33,175 nt of DNA from an uncultured Oscillospiraceae bacterium. GTDB lineage: Bacteria > Bacillota > Clostridia > Christensenellales > CAG-138. Below the pieces are notes generated by a model. It was not told the DNA's origin. It saw only the letters and a program-made list of their open reading frames with translations, and ran no database searches. Shown here piece by piece: positions 1 through 8,000 of this stretch (within the stretch, counting starts at the first letter, position 1; each line of letters opens with the position of its first letter). A program made the translations under genes and the position numbers. The DNA lies in NCBI GenBank assembly GCA_964447725.1, contig CAYUUB010000002.1, positions 1 through 33,175 of the forward strand. Direction: 5' to 3'.

Positions 1-214
1 ACAGCCAGCAGTCCAGCTTTGCCACAAGCAGGTACGCAGCCTGCTCGAGCCCCATTGCGAACACAAGGAACACTGCGCAGCCAATCCAGAACGGAAGACG
101 GTCTGCATGATGTCTTTTTCGAAAATAGAGATACAGTCCCAGCGGGATGATCATAGCGGCGATTGCGGCAATCCCCATGCATACGATCGCCAGAGTGGAT
201 ACGGCGTTTTCCAT
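1..214 (-). CDS. YhfC-like intramembrane metalloprotease, N-terminal fragment (gene continues past the left edge)
   Basis: Hand translation of the minus strand from the ATG at 212-214 gives MENAVSTLAIVCMGIAAIAAMIIPLGLYLYFRKRHHADRLPFWIGCAVFLVFAMGLEQAAYLLVAKLD... It has two hydrophobic helices separated by YFRKR, and the second runs into LEQ, the N-terminal pattern I associate with YhfC-family proteases. AGGA lies 7 nt upstream. The gene starts 3 nt after the stop of the MerR gene at 217. It is absent from the ORF track because no stop falls inside the window. Confidence 0.55.
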   Translation of the reverse strand, partial: MENAVSTLAIVCMGIAAIAAMIIPLGLYLYFRKRHHADRLPFWIGCAVFLVFAMGLEQAAYLLVAKLDCWL

Positions 215-216
215 CG

Positions 217-951
217 CTATTTCCTTTCGTCCTCAACGTGTCCATAGGTTTCCACGCACCAGCTCTTTTTGCCGCAACAGGCGCAGGTCAGTTTGCGTGT
301 TTTCGGGGTGTGCCTCGCCCAAAATACCTCTTTTAAAGACGGACGGAACCGTTCGCCACACTCCGGGCAGATATACAGCGTGTTTCTATAGTATATGCGC
401 ATTACGATGACCCCAAAAAGAACGACCAGCGGAATGCACGCGACAAACGGCCACCAAGTGCCGGTAAAAATCCAGTACAGAATCGTTCCCCACTCGATCA
501 GCGTCATTGGAATAGCAAGCAACAGCATGTTGCCGTGCAGCTTTCTCAAATTCTTCTTTTCTTCCATCATGTGTTCCATGTCCGCAATCGACTCTATGGA
601 GAGCAACCGTCCTGTGCTGAGCGTTTCGCGCACGCTGTCGATCGCACGTTTCTGCTCCTGCATCAGCCCGATTTCCTCGTCGATCTGCCGTTCCTGCTCG
701 TCCAGCAGCAAAAGAAGAACGTTTTCCGGACGTTCGCTCCCCAGAATCCCTTTGATGGACTCCAGCGACAGGCCGAGAGACTTGAGCATGCAAATGATTC
801 GCATTGTCTTCAGGTCGCTTTCGGAATACAGTCTGCGCCCGCCTTCCGAGAGCTCAGTCGGTTTTAGCAAATCCTTTGCGTCGTAAAACTGCACCGTACG
901 TACGGATACGCCGCACAGCTTTGCAAGTTCTCCGGTCGTGTAAGCAGCCAT
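217..951 (-). CDS. MerR-family transcriptional regulator with two C-terminal transmembrane helices and a zinc-ribbon-like tail
   Basis: ORF track 217..1005. The preferred start is the ATG at 951 (MAAYTTGELAKLCGVSVRTVQFYD...), with AGGAGG 8 nt upstream. It has a MerR-type HTH (GELAKLCGVSVRTVQFYDAKDLLKP...GGRRLYSESDL) followed by a coiled-coil segment. Two hydrophobic helices follow (LLLAIPMTLIEWGTILYWIF and WWPFVACIPLVVLFGVIVM), then CPECG...CACCG. Confidence 0.85.
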   Translation of the reverse strand: MAAYTTGELAKLCGVSVRTVQFYDAKDLLKPTELSEGGRRLYSESDLKTMRIICMLKSLGLSLESIKGILGSERPENVLLLLLDEQERQIDEEIGLMQEQKRAIDSVRETLSTGRLLSIESIADMEHMMEEKKNLRKLHGNMLLLAIPMTLIEWGTILYWIFTGTWWPFVACIPLVVLFGVIVMRIYYRNTLYICPECGERFRPSLKEVFWARHTPKTRKLTCACCGKKSWCVETYGHVEDERK

Positions 952-985
952 GGATTTCACCTCCTTATGGGCATACCATAACGTA

Positions 986-998
986 TGACGTAGCGTCA
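986..998. promoter_or_regulatory. Inverted repeat TGACG-TAG-CGTCA, candidate MerR operator in its own promoter
   Basis: A 5+3+5 inverted repeat lies 35-47 nt upstream of the MerR ATG (951). On the minus strand it overlaps a TTGTGA -35-like hexamer and sits upstream of TATGGT/TGGTAT -10-like hexamers, the operator-within-spacer layout typical of MerR regulators. The repeat is short, and the promoter hexamers are weak. Confidence 0.3.
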
Positions 999-1199
999 CA
1001 AGCAAGGGGTTTTTCAGGTCGTTTCAAGGTTTTGGTGGTTTTATAGTGTAAATCTGCCGTTCAACCCGTTCGTGCCGGAAGCATCGACCATTCCGATGCT
1101 GCTTTGCGGGGGACAGTTGCCGAACTTTTAACGTTGACTTTACGCGTTTGTGACGGCACGGCGATATGATAAAACCGAAAAGATGAAAGGAGGGACTAC

Positions 1200-1886
1200 A
1201 TGAAATCAGCTTCACACCACGCAATGGGGCATCTGCTGCACCGGACGCTGGAGGAGGCGGGCATCCATCTGGACAAAGAAATGTTCGTTCTGGGAAACCT
1301 GCTGCCGGACTATTTGCCGGAGCTTATCCTTTCCCCGCACTTTACCGCAAAGTGCCAGCGGGAAATCAACGTGTTTGCCGGCGTTCTCGCCGCACAGCAT
1401 ATCGACCGCGCGAAAGAAATCCCTGCGGAATACGCACTTCGCCTCGGCATCCTGTGCCATTATATCACGGATTATTTCTGCTTTGCGCACTGCCGCGAAT
1501 TTGGAAAAACGCTGGCGAAACACGCGGTATACGAGCAGGAACTCGACGACTATTTCCGCAGCCATTACCATGCCGGCGAATGCCTGCTTGCCGAATATCC
1601 AAGCGTACAGTGCGCTTGCGCAAAGGACGTCGTGTCGGACATCTTTCAGACGAAGCGTCGCTATCAGTCGGCCGAGCGGGCGTTCAAAACGGACTTGCAG
1701 TTCGCGTTTACGACATGTCTGAACACAATCCGGCGGATCTTGGTTCTTTCGGAATCCGGCCAGCACGCGTTCAGTCCTGGTTTCCGCTTTGCGCCGTTCG
1801 CCGTGGAAAAGTATGCGTTTCAAAAGGACGTTTGCAAGCGCAGGATCGTTCCGCGCCGCGCCTGGTGCACCGGTTCGGTCGCCTAG
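1200..1886 (+). CDS. Zinc-dependent phospholipase C-like family protein (hypothetical)
   Basis: 228-aa ORF with AAAGGAGGG 7 nt upstream of the ATG. Histidine/aspartate motifs are spaced as in the Zn-dependent PLC fold (HHAMGHLLH near the N-terminus, GNLLPDY, CHYITDYFCFAH). The assignment is from motif memory only. The basic C-terminal tail (after about aa 190) looks less protein-like. Confidence 0.55.
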   Translation: MKSASHHAMGHLLHRTLEEAGIHLDKEMFVLGNLLPDYLPELILSPHFTAKCQREINVFAGVLAAQHIDRAKEIPAEYALRLGILCHYITDYFCFAHCREFGKTLAKHAVYEQELDDYFRSHYHAGECLLAEYPSVQCACAKDVVSDIFQTKRRYQSAERAFKTDLQFAFTTCLNTIRRILVLSESGQHAFSPGFRFAPFAVEKYAFQKDVCKRRIVPRRAWCTGSVA

Positions 1887-1985
1887 CCCTGGCGAAACAC
1901 AAAATCAGCCAATCAAACGCACCTCTTGCCAATCGTCTCCCGAAAGGGACGGTTGTTTTTTATTTCAAGTCCGGTTTGGGCACTG

Positions 1986-2017
1986 CAAAAAAACCAGCGC
2001 GCCGTACGGCGCGCTGG
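1986..2017 (-). terminator. Rho-independent terminator of galK
   Basis: A 10-bp GC stem CCAGCGCGCC-GTAC-GGCGCGCTGG spans 1994-2017. It is preceded on the plus strand by AAAAAAAA (1986-1993), which is a U-tract for the minus-strand transcript. It lies 23 nt downstream of the galK stop. Confidence 0.8.
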
Positions 2018-2039
2018 TTGGCTTCGCTTACCTATTGAA

Positions 2040-3212
2040 TTAAAGTTGAATTTCGCCCGCGCCGTCGCCTGCGTCGGACTGGTAAAACGAAGGCGCATAA
2101 CCCGTCCGTTTTTCATACTCCGCCGCGAGCCGCTTTTTAAACGCGGCAATTTTTGATTTTTCCACGATGCTGATGTTGCAGCCGCCGAACCCGCCGCCGG
2201 TCATGCGCGAACCGATGACGCCTTCGATGCCCGTCGCGATGTCGAACACCGCATCCAGTTCCGGCCCGGTCGCTTCGTAGTCGTCACGGATGGATACGTT
2301 CGCTTCGCACAACAGTTTGCCGAACGCAGCGATATCGCCCGCTTCGAGCGCTTTCAGCGAGGCGATCGTCCTTGCTTCTTCCGTTACGCAGTGCCGTGCG
2401 CGGCGGTAGAGCGTTTCGTTCGTGAAAAACTGCCGGAACGTCTCAAGTTCATCCGCTTTTATCGAGCAGAGATTTTGATAAGCTCCGCCGTTACGGTTGA
2501 TGACGGTCAGCGCCTGTTCGCACTCGCTCCGGCGTTGGTTATACTGCGAATCCGTCAGCTTATGCGGCGCGTTCGTGTTTGTGATGACAATCGTGTATTC
2601 GCCGAGTTCCAGCGGGACATATTGATAGTCCAACGTATTGCAGTCCAAAAAGAGCGCATGATCCTTTTTTGCCATGGCCGAAACGAACTGATCCATGACG
2701 CCGCAGTTCATTCCGACGTATTCGTTTTCCGCCTTCTGGCAAAGCACCGCGATTTCCGCCATGTCGGGTTCGGTCCGTCCGCCGAGCGTTGCCAGCGCAA
2801 CCGCGGTCGCCACCTCAATCGACGCGGACGAAGACAGCCCCGCGCCGAACGGAACCGTTCCGTGATAGAGCAGGTCGCAGCCCGGCACGGCGTAGCCCGC
2901 CTGCTGCAATACGGAAGCAACGCCGCACTGGTAGTTTCCCCAATGCAGCTGTTTATATTGCTCCAGCGCGCTCAAATCCGCTTCCACCCTGTCCGGCAGG
3001 TCTGTCGCGGCAAGACGCATCGTCTGCGTCCCGTTTGCGCGCGCAACAACGGTATTGTTCATGTCCAGCGCCGCGGGGAACACATGCCCGCCGTTATAAT
3101 CGATGTGCTCGCCGATAAGGTTGATACGTCCGGGCGCCTGAAACAGGCGAATGCCGTCCGTCGTTCCGCCGTAAAGCGTCATGAATTCAGAAACCAACTC
3201 TTGATTCGTCAT
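2040..3212 (-). CDS. galK: Galactokinase
   Basis: Galactokinase signature GRINLIGEHIDYNGGHVFP and GHMP-kinase motif PFGAGLSSSASIEVA are present. ORF track gives 2040..3233. I prefer the ATG at 3212 (MTNQELV...) because GGAG lies 6 nt upstream, but 3233 cannot be excluded. Confidence 0.95.
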   Translation of the reverse strand: MTNQELVSEFMTLYGGTTDGIRLFQAPGRINLIGEHIDYNGGHVFPAALDMNNTVVARANGTQTMRLAATDLPDRVEADLSALEQYKQLHWGNYQCGVASVLQQAGYAVPGCDLLYHGTVPFGAGLSSSASIEVATAVALATLGGRTEPDMAEIAVLCQKAENEYVGMNCGVMDQFVSAMAKKDHALFLDCNTLDYQYVPLELGEYTIVITNTNAPHKLTDSQYNQRRSECEQALTVINRNGGAYQNLCSIKADELETFRQFFTNETLYRRARHCVTEEARTIASLKALEAGDIAAFGKLLCEANVSIRDDYEATGPELDAVFDIATGIEGVIGSRMTGGGFGGCNISIVEKSKIAAFKKRLAAEYEKRTGYAPSFYQSDAGDGAGEIQL

Positions 3213-3373
3213 CTTTTTCTCCACAATCGTCATGATATTATTTCAGCGAGTTCAGCGGAAAGCACCGTTGAAAGCACAGCGCTTCCACCGGATGCAAAAC
3301 AGGGCATCCCCTTTCCCCGGCCGGACCGCAGCAAGAATATTTTATCACGGTTTTGCCGTCATAGGGAGGCGCT

Positions 3374-3401
3374 TTGGCAAAATTACACGTGTTTTTGCCA
3401 A
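3374..3401. promoter_or_regulatory. 28-bp palindrome upstream of galK (candidate operator)
   Basis: TTGGCAAAA-ttACACGTGT-TTTTGCCAA has 9-bp perfect arms separated by 10 nt, and the spacer itself contains the palindrome ACACGTGT. It lies about 160 nt upstream of the galK start, just upstream of a minus-strand extended -10 (TGATAAAAT, plus-strand 3339-3347). No cognate regulator gene is visible in the window. Confidence 0.3.
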
Positions 3402-3497
3402 AAGCCGTGCCAATCGGGAACCGGCGCTATGTTTCGGTCGGCCCGAACCGTTCTGAAATTACCGGGAACAAACGGATTCCTTCTGTCGTTGCGGCAG

Positions 3498-3528
3498 AAA
3501 GCGCCTCCGTTTCCGGCGGAGGCGCTTT
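3498..3528 (-). terminator. Candidate terminator of the five-gene operon
   Basis: A 12-bp stem AAAGCGCCTCCG / CGGAGGCGCTTT with a 7-nt loop lies 47 nt downstream of the stop at 3575. The U-tract on the minus strand is short (UUUCUG), hence the moderate confidence. Confidence 0.5.
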
Positions 3529-3574
3529 GTTACATTCCGCGGCAATCGATCAAACGATTAGCCGTCCGTTTTCG

Positions 3575-5074
3575 TCAGTCGCCTTCGCATGTGTTTCGAA
3601 TCATCTTTCCGTCTTTCTCAACATGGTAAAACGCTTCCCGATGCGACAGCTCGGTAAATTTCAGTATCTGGTATCCCTGTTTTTCACCGTTTCTATCTTC
3701 AATTTTGTAAAATTCCGCCCAGTTTCTACGGCGCGCATTCGCATCGTTGAACGAAGGAACAAGATAAGCGGTGGCGCTTGAGCCCTGTCTCCAGATCGCG
3801 GCATAAATCGAAGTATCGGCCTGCGCCTTTTTAAAAGCCGGCTTTCTGTCTTCCGTCGGGTCCAGCAGCGCGTACTCGAAGCCTGCTTTTTTTATCTTTT
3901 CCTGCCATAGATCGTTGGCGACGATATCCGACAACTGGTTGACAAGGTCCAGCGCGCTTTGGTAGTTTTCTTTCCTGATTCGCTCTTCTTTAAGTCGTTC
4001 CTCTTCTTGTTTTTTCTTAAGCTGCTCTTCTTTAAGCCGTTCCTCTTCACGTCGCTTTTTCTTAAGCTGCTCTTCGTTCGGCGGCTCGGGTTCAGAGCCT
4101 TTCGGCTTTCTGTTCGATTTTTCGTCCGTATCCCCTTTTGTTTGCAGCGGAATACGGTCCGGACGGACGGCGGTCCCGTTCCCGTTCGCGTTATCAAGGC
4201 GAATCAGCAAAATCGGGGACTCCTCCGGACTTTCAAAGCGCACTGTCGTTGTGAGATTTACTTCGGTCGGTGCCTTTGCGCGATCCGCTTCTTCGGGGAT
4301 TTGTTTCAGCTTTTCGCTCGCTTTCGCACCCGCTGTTCTATGCTCGAAAATAAGCCAAACGAAGCAGGCTATGAGCAGCGTTGCAAAAACGCATGCGACA
4401 ATCAGGACGATAAGCATCGGGGCGTCCAGCACCGGCTCCCTGTTCGCCAAAGCGGCTTCGTCCTCCGCGGTTTCCGTTACAGTGTCCTTTGCCTGCAGTT
4501 CCGCCGTTAGCAAATCGATCTTTGTCTGCAACGCTTCGGTCTTTCCTTCGAGCATGGCGACTTCTTCCACGCGGTCCGTGTCGGTTTGTATCAGCGCGTC
4601 GATAACGGCGCCGGAGTCGATCCAGCCGGTTTCTGCAAATGTTGAATCCGCGTCCTGATCGCCGGACGTTTCATTTTCTGATTCGTCCAGGGTAGCGCTA
4701 TCTGTTTCAACTGATTCGTCAGCATTTTCTATGCTTGTTTCCGGCTCGCCGGCGGTCCAAACGATTTTTACTTCACATTTGCCGGTCAAGCCGGCCTGCC
4801 CTTCCTCTGCATTTTGGTCCACCGCCGACCTCTGTAGAAACACGTGGGCAGTATTTTCAACGCCGTCTTCACCGCTTTGGTAAGAAACGTATTCTCCCGG
4901 TTCGCCGGGGGATAATCGTCCGATTTCTTCGCCGGAAGCATCGTAAACCGCCGTCGTCTCGCAAACGAAGATTTCGACGCCGTCCTCCGAGTCTTCCGCG
5001 GCATACGCCGTTTGGCAAAAGCCAAGCAGCAGCAGCGCGGCGATCAGCAGCGCGATTTTTCTGTGCATCTTCAT
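3575..5074 (-). CDS. Bitopic (type I) membrane protein: signal peptide, acidic ectodomain, one TM helix, K/E-rich repeat, C-terminal globular domain; function unknown
   Basis: 499-aa ORF whose ATG overlaps the upstream stop (ATGA at 5071-5074). Signal peptide MKMHRKIALLIAALLLLGFCQTAYA|AED. The D/E/T-rich region aa 26-215 includes a coiled-coil-like stretch VEEVAMLEGKTEALQTKIDLLTAELQAKD. TM helix PMLIVLIVACVFATLLIACFVWLIF spans aa 219-243 (nt 4346-4420). The repeat EEQLKKKRREEERLKEEQLKKKQEEERLKEERIRKE spans aa 334-367. The roughly 130-aa C-terminal domain has no motif I recognise. Confidence 0.8.
   Translation of the reverse strand: MKMHRKIALLIAALLLLGFCQTAYAAEDSEDGVEIFVCETTAVYDASGEEIGRLSPGEPGEYVSYQSGEDGVENTAHVFLQRSAVDQNAEEGQAGLTGKCEVKIVWTAGEPETSIENADESVETDSATLDESENETSGDQDADSTFAETGWIDSGAVIDALIQTDTDRVEEVAMLEGKTEALQTKIDLLTAELQAKDTVTETAEDEAALANREPVLDAPMLIVLIVACVFATLLIACFVWLIFEHRTAGAKASEKLKQIPEEADRAKAPTEVNLTTTVRFESPEESPILLIRLDNANGNGTAVRPDRIPLQTKGDTDEKSNRKPKGSEPEPPNEEQLKKKRREEERLKEEQLKKKQEEERLKEERIRKENYQSALDLVNQLSDIVANDLWQEKIKKAGFEYALLDPTEDRKPAFKKAQADTSIYAAIWRQGSSATAYLVPSFNDANARRRNWAEFYKIEDRNGEKQGYQILKFTELSHREAFYHVEKDGKMIRNTCEGD
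3974..4075 (-). repeat. Imperfect 42-45-nt in-frame tandem repeat encoding the K/E-rich segment
   Basis: On the plus strand, CTCTTCTTTAAG(T/C)CGTTCCTCTTC occurs at 3983-4006 and 4025-4048. TTTTTCTTAAGCTGCTCTTC occurs at 4011-4030 and 4056-4075. The repeat is coding (EEERLKEEQLKKK x2), not a CRISPR or intergenic repeat. Confidence 0.85.
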
Positions 5075-8000
5075 GTTTTTGCCCTCCCCCGGCTGCCTGC
5101 CGTTGTGCAGGCAAGGTAGTATTGGCTCAATGCATCGACCGCACCAATAAGAAACGCGTCTCCGTCGTCAATGTGACCTTTCAGTACTTCCCGATCGTAT
5201 TGATGCCTGCCCGGTTTGTCAAATATTCCGGCTGAGTATTCGCCTTGTTTGAATGTCCAGTCAAAACACTCGCTTGCGGCCGTTTTATAAGCTTCTAGCA
5301 GTTCATTGAATTCTTTTCGACCGGCTTCGACCACCTTTTCATGCGCCGCATTACGCGTTTTATTACCGGTGGCCGCCTCTGCTGCCGAATCGGTTCCCGC
5401 CGCCGTGCCGAAACGTACTTGCGAGGAGGTGGAGCGCTTGCCATCGCCAAATATCGCCGGCCTTCCTTTGAGCGAACCACTGGCGACTTCCAGCTTAGGG
5501 TCTTTTGAAAACTCGCATTCAAAATCCTCCGGAGCAATGGCTGCATGCATTCCCGCCAGGAACAGCCGGTAAACGAATTCCGTCTTGCTTTCTTCGTCGC
5601 GGTGGATCCAATGAATCATTTTTGAACCGTTGCCAGCAAGGATGACAGAAGCGCTGTCTTTTGAAATCTCTTTTTCGTCCCTTAACATAAGGCCTGCACA
5701 AAAGATGATCGACGCCAGATAAAATGCGACCCTTTTTTTCAGCTCCAGCAGCGCACCGGCTCCATTTTCGCCGGGGTTTTTCCCCGCGCAATATTTTGCG
5801 TAAGCCTCTCCGAACGTTTTTTCATTGTGAACCTGCGTGTCGATATTTTTGTCTTTCGGGATTTTCATGCCAAGCAAATCTTCGATACTGCTTTCGCCGT
5901 TTCCGTCCTGGCTTTTGCAAATATCATTGATAAATCCATCGACGTCGTAATACATTTCTTTGATGCTGTCTTCCGCATTATTAACAAGTATCTTAAGCTT
6001 GGCCGCATTGTTATCCCGCAGGCCTTCCAGCAAAATTTTCCGTGCGCCGAAGCGTATCGAACTCGAATAACAATGCGATATTCCATCGTTCACCGCGTCG
6101 ATAAAGATATCCGCGGAGCCGCCGCCGATATCGATTACGCAATACGTAACCTGTCTGGTCACTGCGCTGGCTGCATACCGGAAAGCCGCCTCGCTTTCGG
6201 TTATTTCAATTATGCTGCCCACCGTCTGGTCTGTATTGTCTTCTGCATTAATGCTGCCCATCGCCTGGTCTATATTGTCTTCTGCATTATCCGGCCGGTG
6301 TATTGCAAGGCCCGTGTTTTGGATTACCCTGTTCAGCGCAGCGCCCAGGGACGTGAAATAGCCATCCACAGCCTGCCTTTTAAACGACAGCGGGTAGGAC
6401 GCCGTCAACGACAGCTCGCTGCAATTGTTGCATTTCGCTTCCAGTGCGATCATGTACAACAGTTGCATCAGCATTGCTTCCACGCGCTTTTGGTTGTTGT
6501 CGCCGCTTTGGCACCACTTTAAATTCGGATATAATTTAGGCTGTGCAAAACTCTTTCGACGCCCCAAAAACGCCCGGTAAAATATCCAGCTGTCGAATAA
6601 CGGTTGCCGAGCAATATTCGTGGCGGCCGCATCCGCTAAAATCGACTGCAGCGGAACGCTTTTTGCGATTTCTTTTGCAAGTTCCTCTTTCGCAGGAATG
6701 TCCCTGTAACTCGGCAGGTCGCTCTCCCTGTCCGACAAGGTTTCCATAATTTCCTTTGCGGTAAGCGGCATTGCGGGAACAAAGTATTTCACAAAATACG
6801 GCGTATCCGTCTTGCTGTCAATCCTTGGATTGAGCAGCGGCATGCTCCAGAAATTGAGCCCGCTGATCAATGTTTCTTTCGTTTCCCCCCTGACTCTGCC
6901 AAACAATGTCGTTGAGGACGTGCCGAAATCCAGGGCCGCCTCGTAGATGCGCGGATTGTTTGCGGTCCCAATCAAAGCCGATTTTCTCGTTGTGACATAA
7001 CCCAGTAAAGCATTATTATAGTAAAGTTTGCAACGCTCCGGCATTTGCTTGAGCATGTAGTACGTCAGCTGCGTTTTCCCTCCATCTTGGTGATCTTTCC
7101 CCGGTTCTTCCTTTTTTGAGGCTTCGCTTGTTTTTTCAGCTGTCTTTTTATCTTCATGTTCCGGTTCTATTTGATATCCCTGCCGATTGATGATCTGCTC
7201 TTCATCTTCAGGCGTTAATCGATAATGGCTGCTTTCGACGCAGAACATGAAGTATTTCGACCATCCGTCGATCCGCTGTCTCGGCCAGATGCCCGCCGTG
7301 CAGAAATCGTACCATGTCGCAAACTCTATCGCAGGTTTTTCATATAGACGCGAGAAAACGATATTTCCGATTGTTACAGTCGCCTCGATTTTTGAAAGCT
7401 TAATATCCTCGCCGCACGGAGTAATTTTGACTTCGTATTTTGGTTCCAGTTCCGCGTTCTCGTCCCACAGCTTCCAGAACATCTCCGTAACCGGCATTGG
7501 TATGAAAAAGTGTACGTATTTTTCCTTTCTTTCGAGGGCCTTCAGGCACTCGTCTCCCAAACCGCCGGCGGCTTTATGGATGTCCGTAAGCCTGTCGTAA
7601 CGCGCTCCCTGCTCGATTATCGCGTAATGCACCGTATCGGAAAACAGCTTGAATGTCTTCGGCACCGGGACCCGCCAAATCTGAAGCTCTCCATTCTTGT
7701 GTCCCTTTACAACGTCGTCTATATTCGGGGTTGTCGCGGTCTCCAGTTTATATGCACTATTCAAAGCATAGGAATAGTCCTGGATCAACCGTTCTTTCAG
7801 CAAGCCGTTATGGGATGTTTTTTGGTCATAGGCGTCAAGCCATCGTTTCAGCACCAACGCATGGATTTGCCATATGGCGGGAATTTCCCGATCTTTTGCA
7901 ACCTTTATCATTCCCGGCGTATAGACGGGTTTCGCATCCTTTGCTGCCCCGAGATCGGCGGCCTCCACATTTTCGACAAGGGCGTGGACCTTCCCACCTT

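Noticed and set aside
147-886. Plus-strand ORFs 147..410, 395..886 and 535..867 at the left end
   Set aside because: They are antisense to the MerR regulator and YhfC-like genes. They have serine/arginine-rich low-complexity sequence and no RBS.
1938-1966. Hairpin TCCC-GAAA-GGGA followed by a T-rich run, considered as terminator of the 1200..1886 gene
   Set aside because: The stem is only 4 bp, too weak to call. The strong hairpin at 1994-2017 has its U-tract on the other strand, so termination of the plus-strand gene is unresolved.
2391-3629. 412-aa plus-strand ORF antisense to galK
   Set aside because: The opposite strand encodes an unmistakable galactokinase. This ORF is R/A/P-rich with no motifs and no RBS, the usual shadow ORF of a high-GC gene.
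3974-4075. Tandem repeats considered as a possible CRISPR-like or intergenic repeat array
   Set aside because: They are in frame inside a coding region, encode a K/E-rich helix and have no unique spacers. They are a coding repeat only.
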